Assembly (NCBI RefSeq): GCF_004010195.1
Contig: NC_057719.1
Span: 3,429,740 to 3,475,947 of the forward strand
Direction: 5' to 3'
Length of the DNA: 46,208 nucleotides
Source of the DNA: Chiloscyllium plagiosum
Taxonomy: Eukaryota
Positions 35,901 through 46,208 of this stretch are shown piece by piece. Every line of letters starts with the position of its first letter. Within the stretch, counting starts at the first letter, position 1. Made by a program: the position numbers and the translations under genes. The notes beneath the pieces are model-generated. The model did no database searches, was not told the origin of the DNA, and saw only the letters and a list, made by a program, of their open reading frames with translations.

Positions 35901-37933
35901 CCGGTGAAGGCTCATGGTGGTGATGGTGAGGATGAGTCCCTGGTGGGGTCTGTTTCTGGTGCAGGCTCATGGTGTTGAAGGGGAGGATGAGCTCCTGTGG
36001 GGTCTGTGTCCAGTGAAAACTCATGGTGGTGATGGTGAGGATGGGTTCCCGGTGGGGTCTGTTTCCGGTGAAGGTTTATGGTGTTGATGGTGCAGATGAC
36101 TTCCTGGTGGGGTCTGTGTCCGGTGTGGACTCATGGTGGTGGTAGTTTGGATGTGTTCCCGGTGGGGTCTGTGTCTGGTGTGGTCTCATGTTGGTGATGG
36201 TGTGGATGGGTTTCCGTTGTTGTCTGTGTCCGGCGTGGACTCATGGTGGTGATGGTGAGGATGGGTTCCCGGTGGGGTCTGTGTCCGGTGTGGACTCATG
36301 CTGGTGATGGTGAGAATCAGTTCCCGGTGCTGTCTGGTGAAGGTTCGTGTTGGTGATGGTGAGGATGGGTTCCCGGTGGGGTCTGTGTCCGGTGAAGGCT
36401 CGTGTTGGTGATGGTGAGGATGGGTTCCCGGAGGGGTCTGAGTCTGGTGAAGGCTCATGGTGATGACGGTGAGGATGAGTTCCGGTGGGGTCTGTGTCCG
36501 GTGCAGACTCATGGTGGTGATGGTGAGGATGGTTTCCCGGTGGGGTCTGTGTCTGGTATGGTCTCATGGTGGTAACGGTGAGGATGAGTTTCCGGAGTGG
36601 TCTGTGTCCGGTGAAGGCTCATGGTGGTGATGGTGAGAATGGGTTACCGGTGGTGTCTGTGCTTGGTGCGGACTCATAGTGGTGATGGTGGGGATGTGCT
36701 CCTGGTGGGGACTGTGTCTGGTGTGGTCTCATGGTGGTGATGGTGAGGATGAGTTCACAGTGGGGTTTGTGTTCGGTGTGGTCTCATGGTGGTGATGGCG
36801 AGGATGAGTTCACGGTGAGGTCTGTATCTGGTGTAGTCTCATGGTGGTGATGGTGAGGATGAGTTCCCGGTGGGGTCTGTGTCCGATGTGGTCTCATGGT
36901 GGTGATGGTGAAGATGGGTTCCCCGTGTTGTCTGTGTCTGGTGTGGACGCATGGTGTTGATGGTGAGGATGGGTTCCCAGTGAGGTGTGTGTCAGGTGTG
37001 GTCTCATGGTGGTGATTGGGCGGATGAGTTACCGGTGGGGTCTGTGTTTGGTGCAGACGCATGGTGGTGATGGTGAGGATGGGCTCCCGGTGGGGTCTGT
37101 TTCTGGTGAAGGCTCATGGTGTTGGTGGTGAGGGTAACTTCCCGGTGGTGTCTGTGTCCTGCGTGAACCCATGGTGGTGATGGTGAGGATGCGTTCCCAG
37201 TGGGGACTGTGTCCTGTGTGGACTCATGGTGGTGAGGATGGGTTCTCAGTGAGTCTGTGTCCGATGCAAACCCATGGTGGTGATGGTGGGGATGGGTTCC
37301 CGGTTGGGTCTGTGTCTGGTGAAGACTCATGGTGGTGATGATGAGGATGGATTCCCGGAGGGGTCTGTGTCCGGTGAAGACTCATGGTGGTGATGGTGAG
37401 GACGGGTTCACAGTGGTGTCTGTGTCTTGTGTGTGCTTTTGGTGGTGATGGTGAGGATGGATTCCCGGTGGGGTCTGTGTCTGGTGCAGACTCATGGTGG
37501 TGATGGTGAGGATGGATTCCCGGTGGGGTCTGTGTCCGGTGAAGGCTCATGGTGATGATAGTGAGGATGGGTTCCCAGTGTGGTCTATGTCCGGTGAGGA
37601 CCCATGCTGGTGATGGTGTGGGTGGGTTCTCGGTGGGGTCTGTTTCCGGTGTGGTCTCATGGTGGTGATCGTGAGGGTGGGTTCCCGGTGGGTCTGTGTC
37701 TGGTGTGGTCTCATGGTGAGGATGGCTTCCCAGTGGTGTCTGTGTCTGGTGCGGTCTCATGGTAGTGATCGTGACAATGGGTTCCCGGTGATATCTATGT
37801 CCGGTGAAGACTCATGGTAGTGATGGTGAGGATGGGTTCCTGGTGGGGTGTGTGTCCGGTGAAGACTCATGGTGGTGATGGTGAGGATGTGTTCCTGGTG
37901 TGTTCTGTGTCTGGTGAAGACTCATGGTGGTGA
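26970..37933. repeat. About 11-kb, 55-bp minisatellite array (roughly 190 units)
   Basis: Consensus ctcatggtggtgatggtgaggatgggttcccggtggggtctgtgtccggtgaaga. Period measured as 55 from 29243 to 29298. Confidence 0.97.
31152..31430 (-). mobile_element. HE1-type SINE inserted in the minisatellite
   Basis: Head, core and tail present; the array resumes at about 31433. Confidence 0.92.
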
Positions 37934-38365
37934 TTAGATTTGATTCTCTACATTGTGGCAACAGAGGAGAAGGTGAGGTCTGCAGATGCTGGAGATCAAA
38001 GTTGAAACTTTATTGCTGGAACAGCATAGCAGGTCAGGCAGCATCCAGGGAACAGGAGATTCGACGTTTTGGGCACAGGCCCTTTGGCCCAACACGTCCA
38101 CACCACCCCTCCGAACTGTAACCCACCCAAACCCATTCCCCTACCCTATATTTACCCCTGACTAATGCACCTAACACTGTGGACAATTTAGCACGGCCAA
38201 TTCACCTGATCTGCACATCTTTGGATTGTGGGAGTCAACCGGAGCACCCGGAGGAAACCCACGCAGACACGGGGAGAGCGTGCAAACTCCACACATACAG
38301 GCGGGAAATGAATCCAGGACCCTGGTGCTGTGAGGCAGCAGTGCTAACCACTGAGCCACTGCGGC
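37933..38365 (-). mobile_element. HE1-type SINE with a nested Penelope family A tail (about 37965-38074)
   Basis: The SINE tail is interrupted by ggagaaggtgaggtctgcagatgctgg...gacgttttgggca. Confidence 0.85.
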
Positions 38366-38384
38366 CTGGAGGGAACTTGCCAAG

Positions 38385-38840
38385 TATCCATTGACCTTAT
38401 CCTTACAGATGTCGATATTGTTGTCACTGCTCATCTACTCAGTTTCTGGTCAATGGTAACCCCCAGCAGGTTGATTGTGGGGGATTCAGTGATGGTAACT
38501 CCATTGAATATCAAGGGGTGGTGGTTAGATGGTCTCTTTTTGGAGGTGGTCTATGCATTTGGACTGCTTCAGTATCTGAGGAGTCACAAATGGTGCTGAA
38601 CATTGTGCAATCATCAGCGAACATCCCCACTTCTGACCTTATAATAGAAGGAAGGTCATTGATGAAGCAGCTGAAGATAGTTGGGTCTCGGACACCACCC
38701 AGAGGGACTCCTGCAGAGATGTCCTGGAGCTGAGGTGCCTGACCTTACAACAACCACAACCATCTTCCTTTCTGCCAAGTATGACTCCAACCGGCGGAGA
38801 GTTTGCCCCCGAATTCCCATTGATTCCAGTTTTACTGAGG
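38385..38840 (-). mobile_element. LINE RT fragment (CR1/L2 group)
   Basis: The minus strand encodes AGVPLGGV..P..FSCFINDLPSIIRSEVGMFADDCT. Confidence 0.8.
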
Positions 38841-39164
38841 TTCACAATCTTTGGTGAGGAAGAAAGATTCTTCTCCCCTCTTTCCCCATGGAGCACCCCA
38901 TCATTTTTAAGCAGGGAGTGATTCCTCGATCCAGACTCTCCCATAAGAGGAAAGCACCTTCTAATATCCACCCAGTCACGACATTTCTGGATTTGATAAG
39001 TTGCAATTGAATCAAAATGCTGCCCCTGCCTGACTACTTCATGGTGTCCCTGACCTCAGATGGGCAATGAGTGTTGGCCTAGCCAGCGATACCCACATCC
39101 CGTGGGTGAGTGTAAGAAACTGAGAGCCATTGACGGTCCACAGCTCAGAAAAAGGTCCTTCAGT

Positions 39165-39490
39165 GGGTGACACAGTGGCTCAGTGGTTAGCACTGCTACC
39201 TCACAGCGCCAGGGTCTCAGATTCGATTCCCACCTCAGGCGACTGTCTGTGTGGAGTCTGCATGGGTTTCCTCCGGGTGCTCCGGTTTCCACCCACAATC
39301 CAAAGATGTGCAGGTCAGGTGAATTGGCCATGCTAAATTGCCTGTAGTGTTCAGGGGTGTATAGGTTAGGTGAATTAGTCAGGAATAAATGTACAGTATT
39401 GGGGAAAGGGTTTGGGTGCAATACTCTTCAGGGGGTCTGTGTGGACTTGTTGGGCCAAATGGCCTGATTCCACACTGTAGGGATTATATG
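39165..39490 (+). mobile_element. HE1-type SINE
   Basis: cagtggctcagtggttagcactgct head, core and tail. Confidence 0.9.
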
Positions 39491-39571
39491 AAATTCTACG
39501 AAACCCATTGATTTGGTGTTAGTCAAAACAACCCCTAAAAATTCACAAATCCCAGCACTTGATACATAGCC

Positions 39572-39838
39572 TTAGAATCATAGAATGGAATCCCTACAGC
39601 GCAGAAGCAAGCCATTCAACCCAATGAGTCCACACCGACTCTCTGAAGAAATTCCCACTCAGACTCACACCCCTGTAACCCTGCATTTCCCATGGCCAAT
39701 CTACCCAACCTGCACATCTCTGGACTATGGGAGGAAACCCATGCAGAGATAGGAAGAACGTGCAAACTCCACTCAGGCAGTTGCCCAAGGGTAGAATTGA
39801 ACCCGGGTCCCTGGTGCTGTGAGGCAGCAGTGCTAACC
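39572..39838 (-). mobile_element. HE1-type SINE with truncated head
   Basis: Core and tail present. Confidence 0.85.
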
Positions 39839-40437
39839 AAGCTTTCTTGGATGCTTCATGTGGACGCACTGGTTACAAAGGCCCAACAACGTCTCGTCTT
39901 CCTCAGGAAGCTGAGGAAATTTGGCATGAGGGTGAACACCCATGCCAACTTTTATAGATGCGCCATCGAGAGCATTCTGTCTGGGTGTATCACTCCCTGG
40001 TATGGCAACTGTACCATTCAAGATTGGAGACGGTTACAGAGAACGGTGAACTCGGCCCAGACAATCACAAAGGCCAACCTCCCATCTATAGAATCCATCT
40101 ACCAGGCCCGCGGTCAAGGAAAGGCCGCCAGCATTCTCAACGATCCATCCCACCCTGACAATGTTTTTCTACAGCATCTACCATCAGGGAGAAGGTACAG
40201 AAGCCTGAACACACACACCAGCCGGTTTCGGAACAGTTTCTACCCGACTGTTGTTAGATACTGAATGGACTCACAAACACTTAGCATTCGCCTGTGTTTT
40301 TGTTTTTGCCGCTGTTTACCTGTTATTTACTTATCGATGCTACTTTACTCTGGGATCTGCCTGTATTGCTCGCAAGACAAAGCTGTTTCCTGTGCCTCGG
40401 TACATGTGACAGTAAATTCAATTCAAATTCAAATTCA
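39839..40437 (+). mobile_element. Rex1/Babar-type LINE 3' end
   Basis: KAQQRLVFLRKLRKFG..FYRCAIESILSGCITPWYGNC..LPSGRRYRSL..RFRNSFYP, with an (AATTCA)n tail. Confidence 0.9.
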
Positions 40438-40439
40438 AC

Positions 40440-42020
40440 CATCGAGCCCTTCTATGTTTTGCTTTTGCAAGTGCACGTCTAAATACTTTATTGCTATGAG
40501 GCTTTCTGTTCCTACCCTCTAGATGCCCATCACGTTCTGGGTGGAAATGTTTTCCTTAAATCCCCTCCAACCTTCCTACCCCTTTACCTTAAATCGATGC
40601 CCCCTGCTCACTGATCCCTCCATCCAGGTAGACCTTCTTGTCTACCCTGTCTGTGCCACTTATAATTTTATACATCTGAATCGTGCTCAGCCTCCCCCAG
40701 TCTCCCCCTGCTCTAAGGAAAGCATCCCCAATCCGTCCAATCTCTTCATAACTGAAACTCTCCAGCCCAGGCAATATTCCAGTCAAACTCCCTCTGTCCT
40801 TTCTCCAGTGTTACCACATGCCTCCTATAATGTGGATTTTAGAACTGCACACAGTACTCTCGCTGTGGCCTGACCAATGTATTATACAGGCCCAGGATCA
40901 TCTCCCTGCTCTCAAATCCTATGATTTGGTTATTGAAGGCAAGTATCCCACCTGCCATTGTAATGAGTTGATTTTACCTGTCTTGTAGTGTTAAGGGATC
41001 AGTGAACATGCACACTGAGGTCTGAAACGAACTGAAAATGTACCTTTCAGCTCAGCAAGCAAACTTACACCGAGAACCTCAACCTAAGCTACAAATCTCA
41101 AAACTCACTAACACTGAGATCTCTCTGATCCTCGGTGCTTCCCAGGGTCCTATCACTCACCATGTATTCCCTTTACTTGGAGGTCCTGCCCAAGTGCATC
41201 ACCCTCACACATATCTGGATTGAATTCCATTTGCCCAATGTCAGTCAATCTGACTAGCTGTCTTTATTCTCCTGTAATCTACGGCTATCCTTTTCAGTAT
41301 TTAATCCCCCACCAATTTTCAAATCATCCACAAAAAGTCTGAGAAACCTCCCACATTCAAGTCTAAGTTGTTTATATATTTTTTAAAAATTCATTCGCAG
41401 GATGAAGGCGTCTCTGGCTCATCCCAGCATTTATTGTGCATCCCCAATTACCCAGAGGGTAGTTAAGAGTCAACCATATTACTGTGGGTGTGGGGTCACA
41501 TGTAGGCCAGAGCAGGTAAGATTGGCAGATTCTTTCTCTAAAGGGCATTAGTTGGGTTTTCCCCAACTACAGGTTCTGGGTTATCATTAGAACCTTATTT
41601 CCAGATTTTACTGAGTTCAAATTCCACCATCTGCTGTGGCAGGATTTGAACCCTGGTTCCCAGACCATTACCTGGATGTCTGGATTAACAGTCTGCTAAT
41701 AATACCACTATAGGCCATTGCTAGTGCTCCACATAAACTCTTTGTAGTTTATAGCAAGAGAACCAACACTGATTCCCCACTGGGCACAGCATCCAGTCTC
41801 AAAAAACACCCCTCATCCATCACCCTCTGAGTGCTGCCACTTGGCTAATTCTGGATCCACGTTGCTGCGTTTCGTTGAGACCGTTGCTGTCAGTCTCCCA
41901 TGTGGGACCATGAGTAAAAGTCTCCTTGATGTCTAAGTAGCCCATGTTGAACCCAATGCCCTTATTGACATATCTGGTCACCTCTTCAAAAAAATTCAAT
42001 CGAATTGATCAGGCATGTTG
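40440..42020 (-). mobile_element. Old CR1 with nested Penelope family C tail (about 41020-41110) and SINE (about 41380-41720)
   Basis: LPGLESFSYEE and MYKIISGTDRVD motifs. The inserts match 23235-23315 and 18195-18620. Confidence 0.65.
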
Positions 42021-42102
42021 GCTGAGCAAACCTGAATCAATCCGAAACTATTCCCACTGCCAACTCTGTCCATACAGTTTTACATTGATCCTAAGACAAT
42101 CA

Positions 42103-42195
42103 TTCCTGAGGAAGGGCTTATGCCCGAAACGTCGATTCTCCTGTTCCCTGGATGCTGCCTGACCTGCTGCGCTTTTCCAGCAACACATTTTCAGC
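42103..42195 (+). mobile_element. Hammerhead-only Penelope family A insertion with 14-bp TSD
   Basis: tcctaagacaatca at 42089-42102 and 42196-42209 flanks CTGAGGA-agggcttatgccc-GAAACGTC. Confidence 0.85.
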
Positions 42196-42477
42196 TCCTA
42201 AGACAATCAGACTGTCCTACTCTGTCAGCGGTATCTTCCTCTGCTGAAACTGTCCACCATCTTTGGCCAAGAAAGTTGTTAGTGTTTCGGTCAACCATTC
42301 CTTGCCACAAAGAGTTCAAATCTCCAACTAGCTTCTCAGTCAGACGATCTACATTAGCTGCAAACAACTGATCACAAGTTGGAATGCATGATCCTACTTT
42401 CCCTGACTCTCAGGCAGTGAAAATAACCTTAACTTCTTCATCCCAACAAAACCCGTTATCATTTAGAGGAATGACCT

Positions 42478-43098
42478 CTATGAATTTAGATAAATGGGAG
42501 GTGTTGCCTTTTCGATCGGCAAATCAGGGCAGGGCTTACATACGCAATGGTAGTATCCTGGGAAGTGTTGCTGAACAAAGAGACCTTGGAGTGCAGGTTC
42601 ATAACTCCTTGGAAATGAAGTCACAGGTAGACAGGGTAATGAAGACGTTTAGTACACTTGCCTTCATTGGTCAGTGCATTGGGTATATGAGTTGGGAGGT
42701 CACATTGCAGCTGTACAGGACATTGGTTCGGCCACTGTTGGAATACTCTGTTCAATTCTGGCCTCCCTATCGGAAAGATGTTGTGAATCTTGAAAGGATT
42801 CAGAAAAGATTTACAAGGATGTTGCCAGGGTTGGAGGATTTGAGCTATAGGGAGAGGCTGAACAGGCTGGGGCTGTTTTCCCTGGAGATGTTTATAAAAC
42901 CATGAGGGGCATGGATAGGTTAAATAGACAAGGTCTTTTCCCCGGGGTAAGGGTATACGTTTAAGGTTAAAAGGAAAAGAATTAAAAAGGATCTAAGTGG
43001 CAACTTTTTCACGCAGATGGTAGTGCGTGTATGGAATGAGCTGCCAGACGAAGTGGTGGAGGTTGGTACAATTAGAACACTTAAAAGGCATCTGGATT
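42478..43098 (+). mobile_element. CR1 LINE 3' part
   Basis: EQRDLGVQVH...LYRTLVRPLLEYSVQFW...RFTRMLPGL. Confidence 0.92.
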
Positions 43099-43099
43099 A

Positions 43100-43410
43100 A
43101 GGGCAGCACAGTGGCTCAGTGGTTAGCACTGCTGTCTTACAGTGCCAGAGACCCAGCTCAATTCTACCCTCGAGTGACTGTGTAGAGTTTGCACATTCTC
43201 CCCATGTCTGTACAGGTTTCCTCCCACAGTCCAAAGGTGTGAAGGTTGGGGTAGATTGGCCATGCTAAATTGCCCAGTGTGTACAGGCTAGGTGGGTTAG
43301 CCATGGAAAATGCAGGGTTACAGGGATAGGGTAGGGGGCGTGCCTGCATGGGATGCTGTTCAGAGGGTTGATGGGTCAAATGACTTGCTTTCACATTGTA
43401 GGGATTCTAG
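43100..43410 (+). mobile_element. HE1-type SINE
   Basis: Head, core and tail present. Confidence 0.88.
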
Positions 43411-44329
43411 TAGGGAATCTGCACATACCTTTCTTTGGAACCTCCTTAAACTGTCCATAACCTTTGAACTCTTTTGTGACTCTGAGGCTGTCCTGAGTGA
43501 TTTATCGAAAACTGTGTAATGCCTAATCCTTGACTGAACTAAATGTTCAGCAACCCTTGTAATTGTTCCAGGAATATGACTCACCACAGATTGCCCAGTA
43601 CAAACAATAGGTACAAATAGAGAGTGTTGTCAAAAAGGAGAGAATCAAAGCAGGAGCATGAGAAGAGATTAGCAGCTAATTTAGAAGGAAATCTAAAAAT
43701 AATTTGTAGGCATTTATATCGGTGAGGAGTGCGAAAGGTAGGAGGCGCTGGTGAGGGACCAAATAAGGGAATCGATGCATGGAATATAAGGACAGGATCG
43801 AAATGTGAAATAATTACTTTATATTTGTCTGTACCAAAGAAATGTGGTTGCCTACAGCAGTAATGGAGGAGGAGGTTGGTTTAAAAGCTAGTAATTGGTA
43901 TGAGAGGTGTTTATATTTAAAGTTGCTCAGATATTGAAGATTTGAACACTGATTATATATTGTTACTAAGTGTATTGAAGAATGCCATGTTTTCCACTTG
44001 ATTGGTTTTGATGCAAGTGCACAGTGCATTGAGATCATCGATTATTTATCTTGTGTCTGTAATGCCTTACTTAGGCACAAGCAGGTACCAGGCAGAAATG
44101 GAAATGTCTTTTTACACTCCCAACCATGAACTCCTGACAGTGTTTAACTAACAAATTGATCTTGTGCCATGTACCAGGCGAGATATACTATTTACATTCA
44201 CAGTTGAAAGCTTAAAACATCTCCGTAATAATCTTCTGACCCCAAGACTAAAAGAGGCACTTTCCTGTTTATAGTTGAATTAAATTCTCAGTCCAGTCTG
44301 TTTCACCACACAGGAATAACAGGTGATTC

Positions 44330-44676
44330 ATACAGTTATGAAGTTGTACAGCATGGATACAGACCCTTCGAGCCAACTTGTTCATGCTGACCGGATATCT
44401 GAAATTGATCTAGTCAACTTTGCCAGCATTTGGCCCATATTCCTCCCTATTTGTGTATCCATCCAATTTCATAGAATCCCTACGGCGTGAAAGCAAGCCA
44501 TTCGGCCCATCAACTCTGTACCAGCCTTCTGAAGAGCATTCTTCCTTAACCCTGCATTTCCCGTGGCTAACCCACCTGACATGCACATCTTTGGATTGTG
44601 GGAGGAAACTGGAGCATCCAGAAAAAACCTACGCAGACACGAGGGAGAATGTGCAAACTCCACACAGACAGTCACC
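44330..44676 (-). mobile_element. CR1 tail followed by a truncated HE1-type SINE
   Basis: Matches other copies in this window. Confidence 0.8.
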
Positions 44677-44878
44677 AAGCTTCCATGCCACCTTAAATGT
44701 TGGGGCAGCCATTAAAAGGAGTTCAGCAGAAGTGAGGAACGGTAATCCCTTCTGAGGGCTGGTGAGAATGAATGACGCACCATGTTATTAAAACCTGGGG
44801 GGATTTGCTGATTGCATTTTCTATTTGATGTGCAGCGTAGGGTGTTTGATGCCAATCAGTGACCCATATTTAGCACAT

Positions 44879-45110
44879 AGGAGAAAGTGAAGACTGCAGA
44901 TGCTGGAGATCAGAGTCGAGGGTGTGGTGCTGGAAAAGCACAGCAGGTCAGGCAGCATCTGAGGAGCAGGAGAATTAACATTTCTGGCCAGAGCCTTCAT
45001 CAGGAGTGAGCCCCTCATTCCTGAAGAAGCGCTCTGGCCCGAAACGTTGATTGTCCTGCTCCTCGGATGCTGCCTGACCTGCTGTGCTTTTCCAGCAACA
45101 CACTCTCGAC
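44879..45110. mobile_element. Penelope family A fold-back insertion, hammerhead-like cores on both strands, about 17-bp TSD
   Basis: About 95-bp inverted arms. Flanks acccatatttagcacat / acccatctttagcacat. Confidence 0.85.
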
Positions 45111-45467
45111 CCATCTTTAGCACATGTTAATCCTGAGTGCTTGAGTATAACTGTACACATGTTGGAGTTTGTGTTACTTTTCTAATGCTGTAGAGTAACG
45201 TTTATTGTTGGTGGTTCAATATTGAAGAATCTTGGTGCTTTTACCTCTGACTAACTCCATTGGTTCACATAGTTTGTCTAGAAGTTCCCAGTCTCCATCA
45301 CAATTGTAAGATAAGTTTGATAGCTAGTTCCAGGATTGGAACAATTTTCTTTCGCACTTCACCTCTGAACTTGCAACTCGCTTCCCTGTTTAATTTTCAT
45401 TCTAACTTTTATTGCACACAGCCACAACCCTCACCTCGAACATATGGGAAGAAGAAGGGAACCCTAC

Positions 45468-45547
45468 CTGGTTGTTATCAGGGTCACTGGGAGGAGTTTG
45501 CAGAAATTCACTGGTTGCTTCCTGAGCTATCCCGGGAGGCTGGTCAG
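45468..45547 (-). CDS. Internal exon: low-complexity linker
   Basis: Branch point and acceptor ctaacctctttctttctgcag|CT, donor CAG|gtaggg; phase 1 to 0. Translates DQPPGIAQEATSEFLQTPPSDPDNNQ and is phase-compatible with the 25875 exon. Confidence 0.7.
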
Positions 45548-45635
45548 CTGCAGAAAGAAAGAGGTTAGTTCCGACTGCATTCCAGCACTGCTAAAGGCAC
45601 ACAGAGACAAGTGTAAGGCTCAGCACCAATCCCAC

Positions 45636-45758
45636 CCTTGGCCTCATTCCCAAGGCGCAGTATGTCAGGAAATCCAGGAGACTTGGGGTCAGCCTCCCAT
45701 AAGGCAAGGCTTTCCCTGTGCCATAGTCCCACGGCTTGTGCTAAAGGCTTCAGAAAAT
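45636..45758 (-). CDS. Possible internal exon
   Basis: Acceptor tttccgatttctgtgtgctgtag|AT and donor AAGG|gtggga; 123 nt open, phase 1 to 1, with an 88-nt intron to the next exon. Confidence 0.45.
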
Positions 45759-45836
45759 CTACAGCACACAGAAATCGGAAAGCAACGGAAGCCTGAAGGG
45801 ATATATTCACTCAACAGATCCATGTGAAGATTGTAT

Positions 45837-45988
45837 AATCTCCCAACATTCTGAATGTAACATCATCAATCTCCCAACAGTCTCAATATAAAACACTCAA
45901 TCTCTGAACAGTCTGAATATAACACCATCAATTTCCCAACAGTCTCACTATAACACCCTCAATCTCCCAACAGTCTCAATATAAAACA
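45837..45988. repeat. 31-bp minisatellite, about 5 copies
   Basis: aatctcccaacagtctcaatataa(a/c)acactc-like units start at 45837, 45868, 45899, 45930 and 45961. Confidence 0.92.
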
Positions 45989-46208
45989 GAGTAAAAACAA
46001 TGACTGCAGATGCTGGAAACCAGATTCTGGATCAGTGGTGTTGGAAGAGCACAGCAGTTCAGGCAGCATCCGAGGAGCAGTAAAATCGACGTCTCGGGCA
46101 AAAGCCCTTCATCAGGAATAAAGGCAGTGAGCCTGAAGGGTGGGGAGATAAGCTAGAGGAGGGGGGGGGTGGGGAGAGAGTAGCATAGAGTACAATGGGT
46201 GAGTGGGG
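45988..46208 (-). mobile_element. Penelope family A pseudo-LTR running off the window edge
   Basis: Reverse complement of 1-98. The hammerhead has GAAA changed to GAGA at about 46088-46115. Confidence 0.85.

Noticed and set aside
27028..37760. Many His/Pro/Thr-rich ORFs (MSLHRTQTPPGTHPHHHHHEPSPDTDPTGNPSSPSPP)
   Set aside because: They are translations of a 55-bp unit that is not a multiple of 3. A TGA recurs at the same register about every third unit.
39165..39240. tRNA gene-like A/B boxes
   Set aside because: These are SINE heads running straight into the V-domain core, not tRNA genes.
6167..44676. HE1 orientation skew (about 9 minus versus 3 plus)
   Set aside because: The sample is too small to be meaningful.

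Overview
Repeat-dense vertebrate genomic DNA, not prokaryotic. The repeat set (HE1-type V-SINEs, HER1/CR1 LINEs, Rex1/Babar, Penelope-like elements) points to a shark or other elasmobranch; this is an inference. Most of the window appears to be intron sequence of one minus-strand gene. I can support 4 good and 2 weaker exons (45636-45758, 45468-45547, 25658-25875, 19207/19246-19375, 10203-10326, 5122-5379). They encode coiled-coil / linker / compact PDZ domain / coiled-coil, and I cannot name the gene. The introns hold many CR1 and SINE copies, three Penelope-like families with minimal hammerhead ribozymes (several as fold-back palindromes with target-site duplications), an 11-kb 55-bp minisatellite, and smaller tandem repeats. 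They also hold a 773-bp TG...CA element with 13-bp inverted ends and a 4-bp TSD that carries a frameshifted retroviral Gag matrix region but no full LTR. There are five assembly gaps: 3261-4086, 12816-13079, 20239-20330, 25012-25325 and 33822-33899. Repeat boundaries were read by eye and are approximate.
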